A DNA stretch of 63,685 bases, the filler included, from Hausera hauseri (Eukaryota): the NCBI GenBank assembly GCA_046269625.1. It is 12 parts of 12 records of this genome, joined end to end, with 100 filler letters (N's around TTAATTAATTAA, not from the genome) between each part and the next. Parts side by side here need not be neighbours in the genome. Positions count along the whole stretch, not along the records: positions 1 to 4,526 come from JBJURY010541564.1; positions 4,627 to 13,363 come from JBJURY010552116.1; 10 more parts are not named here. One strand, 5' to 3'. Each line of letters begins with the position of its first letter. Position 1 is the first letter of the stretch. Shown here one piece after another: positions 1 to 12,400 of the stretch. The notes under the pieces are model-generated. The model had not been told where the DNA came from, made no database searches, and was given only the letters and a program-made list of their open reading frames with translations. The position numbers and the translations under genes are program-made.

Positions 1-200
1 TTGTAAATTTCTTCATCCGCCGGTATTTCTACGATTGTGTTGTACCGGAACACGTTGATTGCCAGTGTCGAATTACGCCGTTCAAATGCCGTAATAGATT
101 TCAGTTTCATCGGCATCCAGCATCCATCGTAATTTAATTCGGAAAAATATTTCTGATACTGGTTTTGACTATACGCACTATGTCTGTCAACCTGCTTAGT
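1..200 (-). pseudogene. Polinton/Maverick protein-primed DNA polymerase B, N-terminal region fragment
   Basis: Manual minus-strand translation QYQKYFSELNYDGCWMPMKLKSITAFERRNSTLAINVFRY. It matches the Polinton polB N-terminal pattern (..LN..GI.FPM....I.KFE..N..ISINVF) and aligns with the copy at 47184-47767. Confidence 0.75.
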
Positions 201-376
201 TTTTTTGAATTTATAGTCTTCTCTTCGCATATGCCGCTGTATTGTGCTAATTGAGCATGCCAGCAAACAAGTATCCTTTAATTTCCTTGAGTAAAGTTTG
301 TCATGGACACTTGTCTTGATTTCTGTGGAAAAAACACTTGAGGATTATCCCTCTTATTTTTCTTCAACGTCCGCAG

Positions 377-1010
377 CTATGTAACTTGCTTCTCCAACAA
401 ATATGACCATGGTTTTGTTGAATCATAGTTTTCCATATACTCCGTATTAGATTCGCCATACTGATGAACCAATTGATGAACCACCCATCGTATTTCCCAT
501 CGCAATATTAAAGTCATATCGTAGTCCTTTAATACTTGCAGCTGAACTCCTGTGAGCTTCAACATTACTGGTATGTCATTCCGGGGCTGTGAAGAAATGC
601 GCAGGATAAACTTTTTGGCTCTCAGAAACATCAGTTAGAAAAAGCGCATCAGTTAATAGAGCATGTGTATGATTCTTACTGCTAATGTCTGAGTCTAAAA
701 ATTTGTTATTAAAACTTCCCAAAATGGTATTATTCAAATTTTCAAATTTCTTAATACTTAACAAGGATGGAGGCAACGCTACTCATTAAAAATCATAGGA
801 ATGATGAAGGGTTATATATTGTTCAACTCTGTGCATTTGTATTTACAAATTTTGAGAGGATTGAATACTTAAAACACATTTCATCGTTGTTCTGTACATT
901 AATGCAGGCCTTCTTATTCTCAATCCATTGAGACAGCTTGATGTATGATGATGCAATTGATTTCTTAAAGTGTCCATCCGCTTTTCATTGCATAATTTTC
1001 GTCAGCCTCA
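377..1010 (-). pseudogene. Degenerate, internally deleted Polinton-type pPolB gene
   Basis: Ordered motif remnants across frames: KSGWTL; ASSYIKLSQWIENKKACINVQNNDEMCFKYSILS; LLTDALFLTDV..PAHFFTAP; MLKLTGVQLQVLKDYDM..YGESNTEYMENYDSTKPWSYLL (cf. DPAHYYTAPG..MLK.T.V.LELL.DYDM..YA.ANNKYM..YD..KPSSYL). Many stops and frameshifts. Confidence 0.8.
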
Positions 1011-1899
1011 GTTATCACCTTGATATACGCTTCATTCAAAAAATTGCTAATTCCTGAGGCTTGTAGTATAGGTTTATTTTTGTTTTGAAAGCCCTTTTAG
1101 ATAGTTTGCTATCCTTTTCAAATCTATTTATCAGAACAAGGTTAACTTTCAGGGTATTGAGTGCTGATAGGTTTTTATTTATTGTGTTCGTGGTATCATT
1201 CTTTGAATATTCCAAAAATTGAGGCTTTTCTGACCTTTAGCATGAATAAAATGAGTCAACATTTTATGATTAAAGGCTTCATTTTCTGCCATCATTCTTT
1301 TTTCGTGTTTAATTTTTGAGCGGGGGCCTATTGTCGACGTTTACCATGTTTCTTGGTAAAGGAATATCATCCATTTGGCTGGAAAATTTTTTTGATTTAG
1401 TGAAGGACAGAAGGTGGTGCTGATGATTGTTGTAAAAGTCAGGGTATGATAAACTAGAAAGAGATTTACATGATGGAAGTATAAAATAAATGTAGTTATA
1501 CTGCCCGTCATAATTTTTAACCATCTTTAAATACAATAAATTATCTTTCACATACGTTTTTTGTGTCTAATTACGAATAGTATGTCGATATCGTTCATTT
1601 CTTATACATTTATACAACAGTTAATGTAGTATAATTAAAAATGTATAATTGCGACATCATTGTCAATTTAATCTTCTGCACAGATTAATATATAAGTATA
1701 GCTAGGTGCATACACGTATAAAATTTAGGCATATATCACCAAAAATGTCTCGACCGATGTTAGTCATCATCGTCAATAACTATTTAACTGAATTCATTCT
1801 GCTCATCATAAATTTCCTATGCCACGATATTTTGATTGACTTCATGAAGATTCTGACGATGCTCCAGACGGAAGTTCCAGTCTCTTCGGCAGGTTTTAC

Positions 1900-2824
1900 T
1901 CTGAATTTAATCGTCTTCGGAGCCGTCGAATGCAACACTTAGGCCGAATGATTTGAGCGATCCCCAGATTAATTTCATGATTCCAAAATCCATTGAGACA
2001 GTAAACGCTTGTTAGAAGGCTTCGCATTGCCGCCTGTCGTAAACTCCTTTGCACTGTCAGAAACTAACCGGCTGAGATTGTTACTGCGGATGTAGTCTTT
2101 GAAGGGCTTGTTCCAGGACAGGTCTGGGGCTTGAACATATTTTGTATATCTTCCTGGAACTTCTATAACACAAATAATAAATGTTGTGTGTGCTTTAGTT
2201 GTCTGTGAAATATGGCACCTGTAGCTGTCCCGTGCGAAAATTCGCTTGCCAAAGCTCAACTTTTTCAATACACTGCCCAGCCACTGATATGTTGTCATCA
2301 ATCATCCATCCATTCTTAGTTGGCACGACCTGTAAATCCTTCACTTCCCTTGAAAACTACATATGGCTTTAGTTTGGTGCCATCTCCCTTTCCAGCTAAA
2401 ACCACTGTGAAATGTGCCTTCTCGTTACCGGTCGAACGGCTTGAGATAAGGGGCGCCTCGCGTTGATCCACGGTCACATTTGATGTCATGTTAAGAACAC
2501 GTCAGTTTCATCCATTATTACGATATCCGCGTCTTTGATTTTATATTTCGTTTGCATTTCAGACAAAAATGCGATAACTGACACGACTTTCTCTAGAGGG
2601 TTTCCGGTTGCCGTTGAACAACAGAGGTAACCCGACGGTCTGAAAATACATTCCTGTTCATATTTTGTAACTACCCTCGACTGGCTGAAAATGTCTTTAC
2701 AGTAGAGTCCTTCATAAATATTGAGTGCCTTGACCTGAATCATTATTCGGGAAAACGATTTCCATGCTGTATATCTCCTTATACAACACATTTGTCTGAA
2801 ATGTTTGTGAAGCTTGTCTAACAT
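1900..2824 (-). mobile_element. pogo-family (DDE_1, POGK-like) transposase pseudogene
   Basis: IVIMDET, STGNEKAHFTVVLAGKGDGTKLKPYVVFKG, DSYRCH and VPGRYTKYVQAPDLSWNKPFKDYIR motifs split over several frames. Confidence 0.85.
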
Positions 2825-3453
2825 ACATAACTAACGACCTTTCGGGCGCCACAACTTTTCCTTACAAAATTTAAGTCGCAACACGCCGGATTTAGGGTAA
2901 TTTTGTGAAATGGGGATATAACATCTCGTAAGGTCAATCTGCTCCGAATACATAAAAGTTGAATATGTATCCAAAACGACTTCTTTACAACTTCCAAAAA
3001 TATATCAACATTCGCCGTAATTCTAATTACGAATGATTACACTAGATTAAATTTCAAATCATAGTTAGAGAATTAGCCAAAAATAGAGAAAAACTGTACA
3101 AATTGAGAAATTGTAGTTCAATCACAAATTAAGCAACGTTAATGAAAAATCGACACAATTGTTAACCAGCACTAAAACGAGTCACCGGCAAAAGAAAATT
3201 TTTCTGAAACGACAGTTGAAAACAAATTGAAATAAATTTGCGGAATTGCTGAATGAAGGACGAAGATTTTCCTTGAATTATGAACTAGCAATCAGCCGGA
3301 TTACTAAAATTTCAAGCTCGTCTTAAAATGTCGACTGTAGAGTTTTAAATGGCACGACATTGAAGATTGTAATGTCAAATAAAATTCTGGAAACTGTGCG
3401 GTCGTCAAAATTTGGTTAATTGTTGAGTCGAGAAAACGACAGGAATTAGATTA

Positions 3454-3610
3454 GGATTTCTGAATAAATTTTGGAAATTCTTCAATTTTTTGTGACACTG
3501 GATAAATTTCTGAAATTCTTTAAAGTATTTGGGATTTCTGAACAAATTTAGGGAATTCTGCTAATTTTGTGATTCGCATAAATTTCTAAAGTTCTATGAA
3601 AACCTTGGAA
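3454..3610. repeat. Diverged ~78-bp tandem duplication
   Basis: GGATTTCTGAA(T/C)AAATTT..GG.AATTCT....TTTTGTGA....ATAAATTTCT.AA begins at 3454 and again at 3532. Confidence 0.6.
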
Positions 3611-4069
3611 GTCTGCGGGAAATAATTTGATAACGGTTTTAAAGCTTCTGTTGAGGAGAATGTCTAGTTTCGAAACTTTCTTCTTCCGAACGATATTGAA
3701 TGTTCTTGGCTTTGGTCATCCTTTTGAGACAAAACAGCTCTTATTCCAATTTTTCTGGCATTCGTGGGTACAAAAATATGGCTTTGACTTAATTGGACAG
3801 GCCAGTATAGTTGGGGCTAATAAGTTACTTTCAGTTGTTGATACGCTTTCTGGCGTTCTTGAGTCAATACGAGCTTGTAATTTTCTTGCAATAACGAATC
3901 TAGTGGAGTGGTTATCTATTGATATCCTTAATAAATTTTCGATAATATCCAGTAAGACCAAGAAATTTTTGAACTCCTATTTGTTTTTGCAACTGGGAAA
4001 TCTTGAATTTTATTTATTTTTCCAATCTGAGGACTACTAACTTCTCTGCTAACCGTATGACCTAAAAAT

Positions 4070-4526
4070 CAACTTTGATTCTAACAAAACATTTCTTGAG
4101 GAGTACCTTTATTCCCAAGAATGTGCATTTTTCCATAATATCTCTAAGACGTTCCTAATGCTGTTTATAGTCAGTTGAGACGATTCTAACATCGTCCATA
4201 TAACACGTTATGTGTGGAACGTCCATCGTAATTATATCCATAGGTGTTTGAAATGTTGCTTGTGCATTTTACGTTCCGAATGCCATTCGATTAAATTAAT
4301 AATGTCCATCTGATGTCACAAAAGCTGTTTTTTGTTTATTCTCTTCCTGCACCTCTATATGACAGAATTCTTTTTGTTGATCCAATGTCGAGATGAACAT
4401 TTTATCATTTAAATTTTTCAACATTTCATCAATTTTGGGTAACGGATAAGTATTATCTACCGATACTTCATTGAGAGCTCGATAATCTACACGCATTCTG
4501 ATTGATTCGTCTTTCTTTTGTACTAG
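4070..4526 (-). mobile_element. Ty3/gypsy reverse transcriptase fragment (degenerate)
   Basis: LVQKKDESIRMRVDYRALN..YPLPKIDEML..KTAFVT..RMAFG..NAQATFQ..CYMDD, with stops; runs into the contig gap. Confidence 0.9.
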
Positions 4527-4626
4527 NNNNNNNNNNNNNNNNNNNNNNNNNNNNNNNNNNNNNNNNNNNNTTAATTAATTAANNNNNNNNNNNNNNNNNN
4601 NNNNNNNNNNNNNNNNNNNNNNNNNN

Positions 4627-5020
4627 AAAATCGTCTGGTCTCGACTCGAAGAATTCTTCCAACCATGCCTTCAGTTCCTCATCGTTATTGAGCGTAATTC
4701 CACGCAAAATGTTTGAAAGTGATCAGAAAAATGGAAATCTGATGGCGCTAAGTTGGGAGAATAAGGCGAATGTGGCAAAACTTCCCAGCCAAATGTTCTA
4801 ATGGCTTCCTTTGTCATGACTGTGATGTGAAGACGGGCGTTGTCATGTTTCAGAAGAGCGCCATACTGCCGATCGGGTCGTTTTTGTCGACTTGACGTTT
4901 CATTTTAACAACCTCAAAATAGACAAAAATAAACAAGAACAAAAAAACATTCAGACTTTCTTGTAGAGCAAAAAATTCTCTATCGAATCGTATAAAGCAC
5001 TCAGTCAAAACGTTTTATTT
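4627..5020 (-). mobile_element. Internally deleted mariner element
   Basis: QKRPDRQYGALLKHDNAR..GWEVLPHSPYSPNLAPSDF / RSLSNILRG..ELKAWLEEFFESRP; ATG-KRQVDK start directly abuts the C-terminal part. Confidence 0.85.
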
Positions 5021-5323
5021 GCACAATTTTGAATTAAAAAAATATATAAAATTATGCACCAATCCAATAATATTCGTACAATGGAATTTCACCACATTGG
5101 ATTGTAACTTTATGTTGACAAACATGAGAAACTTTTTGTTTACGTCGATATAATTGTTATAAAATGGACTACAGTGGTGAATTTCGGATGTCGAGATAAG
5201 CTGTGTCGACATTACCGGGTTGATTAATAACAAGAAGAAAAATGTAAAGCAAAGCTTAGATATTGTAATATGATTTTCCCTATGTTTCGTCTCCTCGCAC
5301 TTCAATTTCTTCCTTATATGCAC

Positions 5324-7110
5324 TAGGATGCATCACACCTGTAGGTCAAAAAATTTGTTTCAAACTTCTTGCTGTCGTGATTTCCAATTTGTTGCTACGT
5401 GTGCACCGAGCAGGAGTATAAAATATTTTGCAAATCCAAGTTGATTTGAGGTCCCGCCATGCATTTGAAGAACCATAAAATGTAAAATGAATACATTTTA
5501 TTGCCATTTCCCATTAGACGGAGAAAAACGTTTGTTATTTTACCGAAAATCGCACATAACATATAGTATTAAAATACAGTAGAAAGCAGACACATGTTCA
5601 GTTGTTCCCAAGTGATCTGATGGTTATCAAAGGTCCTGCTGCTTAGGCCTTAGGTACTAATGTTCTTCCTGAGGTAGGATTTTGCCTCACGACTTCATTC
5701 GATGACTTGCAGCACATTCTGATAATGTTCTTCCCTACGAGCCGCATTGACAAAATGTGTTGATAGCTTGACACCGCGTTCAGCAGCATCATTCACCACA
5801 TTGACTGCTTTAACGTTTCCAAGCTTGTTTTCTATCCTACACTGATGTCCCACTCTCCAACTTGCAGGCGAAGAAAGCTGCTGTAAATCTGCAGAAGGAA
5901 TATTGTGAATCAAAAGTCCACTGCAACAAGGTCAAACATCTATGTGGACAACGTGACGGCGGGAAACTGTAGTTCGCCCCACCCATATCCAGCACCATTC
6001 AATGGCCTTCTTAACTCACTGGCTGGCTAAACTTGCAACAGTACATCAACAACAGCACGAGTGCTGACGAGTGACAATGGCGCTATTTCAGCAGTCAGAT
6101 ACCACAGATGCCGAACAAATTCTTGCACTGCAGACTGACAAATGTTCTTGTCAACCAGTTGATGCTGCAAAGTCTTATGAACACTTGTAAGTCATTCTAT
6201 GATGCGTCAACTGTTTTCGTGCAAGTAAGCCACCACTTCCAGTACACGTGAGTCAGGAAAGCGACAATTGCTCAGACTTTCGAAACCTGATGTCGGCTGG
6301 TGATTGTTCCTGGTGACAGCTGTTCAATGCTCTTCTCCAGTAGTGAAGTCTTGAGGCAGTATATTAGCTTTGCTATCCACTGGGCGTTATGAAGTGTACC
6401 TATTCGGCGATTGTGCACCTCCTGTTCACTGGCTCCTAGAAATAGCAGCGACAGTTCTGCGAACTCAGTATAGTAGTTCCGCAAGAAGTCGACTACTTCA
6501 GCAGTACAAGTACTTGATTCATTTGACATCGTTTTCAACCGCGCCTGGTCTTCTGGGGTGTGATCAGGTGGCTGAAACACGTGCACATCTACCGAACTGT
6601 GAGGCATCAAATTCCAGTTATTACGTAGTCGAGTGAAGAAAGTGACATCCGGCGATTTTGATGCTTCGATCTTTAAGTTGGTGAAGACGTGTGAAATCAT
6701 AACTTTGCCAATGTGATGACTGCACATTGACCACAGAACAGCTCGCTGGACTTTGTCCTGGATTGCAATACAGAAAGATAACCTGTGTTTGCACTTGTTA
6801 TACCGAAGGCCATATTGATAGCATTATTGCTGTACTTCCATTCAGTCATCAGTATCATCGTAAGCTCTGCGATGTTTGCACCCACGGCCTGGTCTGTTGC
6901 CTTGTGATAACTCTGGATCCCAGAAGCTTCATCTGTGCCACATTAAAACAAGCACTGACTCTTTCTTCAACCACCATGTGATTCGTCAAAGTTGGTGTCA
7001 GCTTCTCTTCTCAGAGAAGTACGCACAGCTTTTAAGGGTTCCATTCCTCCCGAATACTGCCAGCAATCTAACCGACAACCTTGCTCTTGATACCGTACAA
7101 TATTTGCAGT
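5324..7110 (-). mobile_element. hAT-superfamily (hATm/cc8K15.2-like) transposon remnant
   Basis: CSHH (CxxH-type) motif, LHNAQWIAKLIYCLK, VVNDAAERGVKL..EEHYQNVLQVIE; candidate terminus TAGGATGCATCAC at 5324. Frameshifted. Subgroup assignment is from memory and uncertain. Confidence 0.7.
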
Positions 7111-7372
7111 AAATTTCCTTTCCTTGTTAGTGAAAACCAGAATGTCAAACTCGTTTTATAAAGAAATATGTGGTTGAAATATATTTTAACAGATATGAAT
7201 TTCAGAACAATCGACAACTTATAATATAAGTGATAAATCTTTTTGAGTGCAATAATGTTGCAAATTTTTCGAAGCTGATATTTCGATCTTATTAAGATCT
7301 TCATCAGAGCACTGAAATCGACTACTTACAAATACATAACATTTAGAACCATTAAGTCTCGTTATTTTTAAG

Positions 7373-7998
7373 GACATCTGGGGGCTGTCAGATGTGTACG
7401 AGTAAATGGAAACATTGCCGTTTCCGGTAGCTATGATTGCACTCTACGAATTTGGAATATAGACACTGGACGATGTTTGCATATAATGTCTGGTCACAGC
7501 AATCGTGTTTATGCATTGTGCCTTACGGATATCATTGCCATATCAACAAGTTTGGATACAACTTTACGAATGTGGAATCTCCAATCGGGGGCCTGTCTTC
7601 ATATTCTTTCTGGTCATCAATCCTTAACTTGCGATGTGGCCGTGGCAAATAAAGGAGCTCTGATCGTCAGTGGGAACGCAGACCAGACAATAAGAGTATG
7701 GAATACTGCCAGTGGTGAATGTGTTGCAATTATGGATGGCTACGGAAAACACAATGATGCATTGACCAGCGTTCAAGTAGTGTTAGACCGATTCGTTGTT
7801 AGTGCCAGTGTCGATGGAACTGTTAAATTATGGAATCTCTCTAACGGTTCATTTATCAGAGATATATTAGTACTTGATGGTGCAGGCAATGGAGCTATTG
7901 TATGGCGTCTTGTGGCCACTAATACCCATCTTGCTTGTGCCGTTGGCAGTCGCAATAATTCAGAGATTAGCAAAGTCTATTTGTTCAATTTCCCTTGA
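7373..7998 (+). CDS. FBXW7: Terminal exon of F-box/WD40 protein FBXW7 (Cdc4/archipelago/SEL-10)-like
   Basis: After the AG acceptor at 7371-7372: GHLGAVRC..GHSNRVY..GHQSLT..SGNAD.T..KH..DGTVKLW..FIR..VWR..CAVGSRN, colinear with the FBXW7 C-terminal WD40 repeats. AATAAA directly follows the stop. Upstream exons were not found. Confidence 0.9.
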
Positions 7999-8996
7999 AT
8001 AAATCGTTTGTTTCCGGCATATGTTTCTATATTTATATTAATTCTTAATTAATAGTTTTTGCTTAACATAATTTTAAATCCAAGATATTATTGACATGGA
8101 TTTGCAGCTACCCGAGGAAATTATGTTACTTAATATTTTCATTAAATCGTACTTTTACCACAAACCTATGCGGTAAACACTCAACACAAAACGTAACAAT
8201 ATAGTAGGAATTGTATATTGCAATTTCATTTCGACAAAGTTCGTAACACCTGTTGATTTAATCGCTGTATATTTATCTGTACATTGCATTGATGGACAAA
8301 TCATTTGTAAATACTTAAAACATTCAAACTCCATTGTTAATCTGAACAAGATTTTCAATATTACTATCGACATGTATATGTCTTCCATGATCAGAATGCG
8401 AAGCCATGATCATTACTTCTATTGTATCTGTCAGTTTACCATACCACGATATATCATAACATCTACTTAATGTGGAAGCCGTATTTCACTCATTTTATTC
8501 CACAATTAAGTTGCCAACTACTCAAATCAATGTCATCATATCTATCGCCGATGCTGCCCGAAATTGGTTCGTCAATAGCTCCTTGACAATTCTCAACCAT
8601 ATCTTTTCATCTCGCGCTGTTTCCGGTCTTTTCTCATTAATATTTCTTGATAATTTCGTCGCCTTTTCTTTTTAGATGCTTCGGCTATCATATGTTTTTC
8701 ACAACGTTGATCTGATAAAAATTGTTTCTCTTTTTAAGTTGATAAATCTGTCAAGGGTTTGCAAACTTTGAGTAGCGTCAGGGAGTTTAAATAATGTATA
8801 TCAAAAACAAAAGTTCGCCTTTCATACTAAACAAAGGTACCTATCACATAAGCACACATTATATAGTCACATTCCGATTAATTTTTACAGTAACTATTTG
8901 ATCAGACATGTAAGCTGGTTCAAAGTTATCGTTATTAGAAAGAACCATATTGGACGATGACGATAAGATAACAATAATAATAGAAATATGTAAATA

Positions 8997-9287
8997 CAGT
9001 AAAACCCTGCAAATTTAAACTTTCAAGGAGAATAAAATTTTAAATTTGCGGGGTTTTTAACTTTCGAGGTTTCCATAAAAATGCATCCAAATAGACGTGT
9101 AAAGTTGGGATTTTATTAGATTCGTTTATATATTGTAATAACACAAGTTTTGTAGTTTGTAATTTCATGTAAAAATATAATTTCAAAGCTAATTAAATTT
9201 AGTGGATAAAGATTTGTTTCAAAATTGATTATTTGCATTCGATTCGTTGTGTAATCTTAAAAATTTTAAATTTGCAGGGTTTTACTG
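8997..9287. mobile_element. 291-bp MITE (Tc1/mariner/pogo type)
   Basis: Perfect 23-bp TIR CAGTAAAACCCTGCAAATTTAAA at 8997-9019 and 9265-9287; TA on the left flank, TT on the right; extra inverted TIR-like copy at about 9039-9058. Confidence 0.85.
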
Positions 9288-9371
9288 TTGATGATGAGAA
9301 AAATATATGTATGTGTATTGCACGTTGGGAAATATGTAGCACTAAAGTATGTGTTATGTAATATCGATTAC

Positions 9372-9446
9372 ATGGTGTAGCCTGCACCTTTGTAAGCCTT
9401 AATTTTTCGAATTTCTTCTTCCTTCAAGGTAGTGCCTTTTCCCATC
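9372..9446 (-). mobile_element. Possible Tc1/Tc3 transposase N-terminal stub
   Basis: MGKGTTLKEEEIRKIKAYKGAG resembles Tc3-type HTH starts; very short. Confidence 0.35.
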
Positions 9447-12400
9447 TTAAAGAATTAACGAATTTTCAGTAATATGTTTCTATAATAGCAATAAAAATTA
9501 TTCTACTTACCTTTCATTGTCAATTTTATTTCATCTAATTTGAAAAAATAGATTTTTGGTTGCTTTTATGCACTTCCACTCAAACTAATTTTGATTCTTT
9601 TGGGCTGAATAATGCAATTATTTTGTTGGAATACATTGTATCTTCAATAAAATGCTATTCAAAACATTTAGATATTCATAATTCCCATAAAACAATTTCG
9701 AAATAAAACACACACTATAGTTACTTGTGTAACCCAAGAATTCATAATGTAAATTTGTATGGGATTACATAGTTTATTCATTAATTCAGTTCGATAATTT
9801 GTCATACAAAACCGAAGGAATTTTATCATATAAGTTCTAGATGGTACATTGGTCTAATCGTTAACCTACTTACATCATTGTTCCTTTCTTTGATCTTTTT
9901 AATGATGTTAAATATAATCGATTTTATATCATCCCTTTTCTCTAATATAGTTACATGTTTTGATCTATATATTTATAATTTTCTCTGCTTAAATATTACA
10001 GTTGAAAGTTTTATGTAAAAATGATTTATAATTATGTTAATTTTATCTTTACTTAATCGATCATCAAATTAATTATATAAATGCACACATGCGCGCACAC
10101 TTCATGACATTCGTCGGCATTCATGAAAACGATAGAATAACAATAAGAGAAAGCTTTGTGATTAATTCTACCTCTAGTTTTGTACAATAAAATCAGTATC
10201 CACAGTTGCCTTGTGATCAGTCTTTCATCATTATTTTTCCTTTCCTTGTTTTGTCCGATTTTTATGGGATATCCTTCACAATGATATTTACCGTTTTTAT
10301 TTCATTTCTGTAATTAACAACAATTTTTACATTATAAAATTTTATCAATATTTCACCACATTTGTGACTAACATTTACATATAGGTTGCTATCAAATTTT
10401 CCTTTTTTGTTTTGTTCACAATAACTTTGATTTGGAATGCAATTTTTCTCAACTCAAATACTCCGACTGTTTGCGTCATCATGCTAGCATTCAACCGTGT
10501 CATTGAATTTTCTATTTATTTTGATTTATTTTCATTTCGCTGTTTTTTGCATCTGTTCTAGAGAGGAGAGAAGAGTGGCACATTTACCGCAGTCAAAACC
10601 CTTAATAGGATATTCGGACTTTGCTTAACATACACGACACAATATAACTATTGATGGTAAACTTGCATGCTTTTGGAATTTCATGTTAACTAGAAAACTG
10701 ACTTTCCTCAGTTTTGTGATTATGAGATACACGCCAGTGAGAAATTTAATTCTTTAATTTCTTCTGATTTTGAAACAGTATAAATACAAATATGAACTGG
10801 GAAATATCTCAGCTCATCGATTATCAAATTGTTTAACGACCAGAATATTGGCTAGGTATTATGACAACTTGATATTCATTATAAGGGTCGTTAGGATTGT
10901 CGGTAAAGTTTTCATGAGCTGAATGATTTAATAATACAATCTTTCTACTTTTCTATCTTCATTAAGAGATTTATTGTAATCAGCGGCAGGTCGCAAAGAT
11001 TTCTTTCTAATAAACAATCAAAATTTGACCGTGCATTCTCTTTGAAAACAAAATCTTATTTTCTAACTAATATTTCTCCTATCTATAAACAGATCGATGA
11101 TACAAATCGGCATATTTCCGTTTAAATAATTTTATCTGGAGCAGTTACAATACTGCGGTTCCCTAATTGCTGACAAGAATCAAATTTTATTGTTTCCATT
11201 GCAAATCCTGACTCATACGCACTTTTAACTCACTCAGAAAACAATCTTTTTATTCTGTACAATTCGGTGTTTGTTCCGTTACCCCAATTGGCTGATTTAG
11301 TTTTAACATGCCATTTCGTTAAATTTGTTATAAACTTAATTGCATTCAATGTTAAACTGATATGGAATAATTTCCTACGATGCAAAGTTAAATTTACATT
11401 AATTATAATAGCTCAGATCACGAAATATATCAAAAATCAAATACTAAAAATCGACCCAATTAAATACCATGCAAATTCAATCGGATGCCAAACGCACTGC
11501 TTATCATGTCTGTATACCAGCTAAACAATGTCAAGTAATGATACAAAATATGACATTTAAAATGAGATATTAACAATATAACAATCGTATAAATGATTCA
11601 TTTGCATTACATTAATCTGTTTCTTTCAATTCGCTGTATTTGAAACATGCATGCAAAATATACAAAATCGAATATATAAATCTAACAAAATCCAAAATAA
11701 AACATCTCAATAACTAATTCTTGCTTAAAATTACTAATTTTCAAACAACTTTCCATAATAGTACAAAATGAAGACCAAAAAATCGACAAAATTTATTAGA
11801 CAAAAATTATACCTCCAGAAAACCAGTTAAAGCTACATAAACAAACTTAATACCAACCAATGTGGATATTATTAATATTTTTAACAATCTTCAGACCTGT
11901 TAAGCTTGAAAGTTATCGCCATAAGAGACGCAATTAAAATTTCGTCACATCAACAAAAGCGACGAAAATGAAACGGAAACTCACCAATTATTTTTAATTC
12001 GTTCAATAGAGAACTATAGCCGCATTCATCTGAAATTATTAGTAATTTGATATTGCAGTCATCACTACTTATTGTAGTAAAATGATCAGACAAGTGAGTG
12101 GTGATGAATTATTCATCAAATGCATCAGATTGGTGCATGAGGTCATCATTAAAATTTTTGATAATTAAAAATACCTTTCTCTAAACGCCTGTTGTATTAA
12201 AATGTAGATCATGTCTGTAATTTTTCAGACATTAAAAATAGTATACCTTTCCATTCACAACTCGTTATGATAGTGAAATTGATTTTCAGAATGTGTCTAA
12301 AATACAGCTTCAATAAACAATGATTTCCTAATTAATAAAACTAGTTCTTCGATTACTCAGCAAAGAAATTTCTTTATAATTTCAAACGAAAGATGATAAA

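Noticed and set aside
4527-4626. Recurrent TTAATTAATTAA flanked by Ns (11 times through 57732)
   Set aside because: Artificial contig spacer with stops in all six frames; not a biological repeat or CRISPR array. ORFs ending in XXXLIN are artefacts.
8150-12000. Scattered Cys-containing peptide-like stretches on the minus strand
   Set aside because: Frequent stops and no recognisable family; a gene call cannot be supported.
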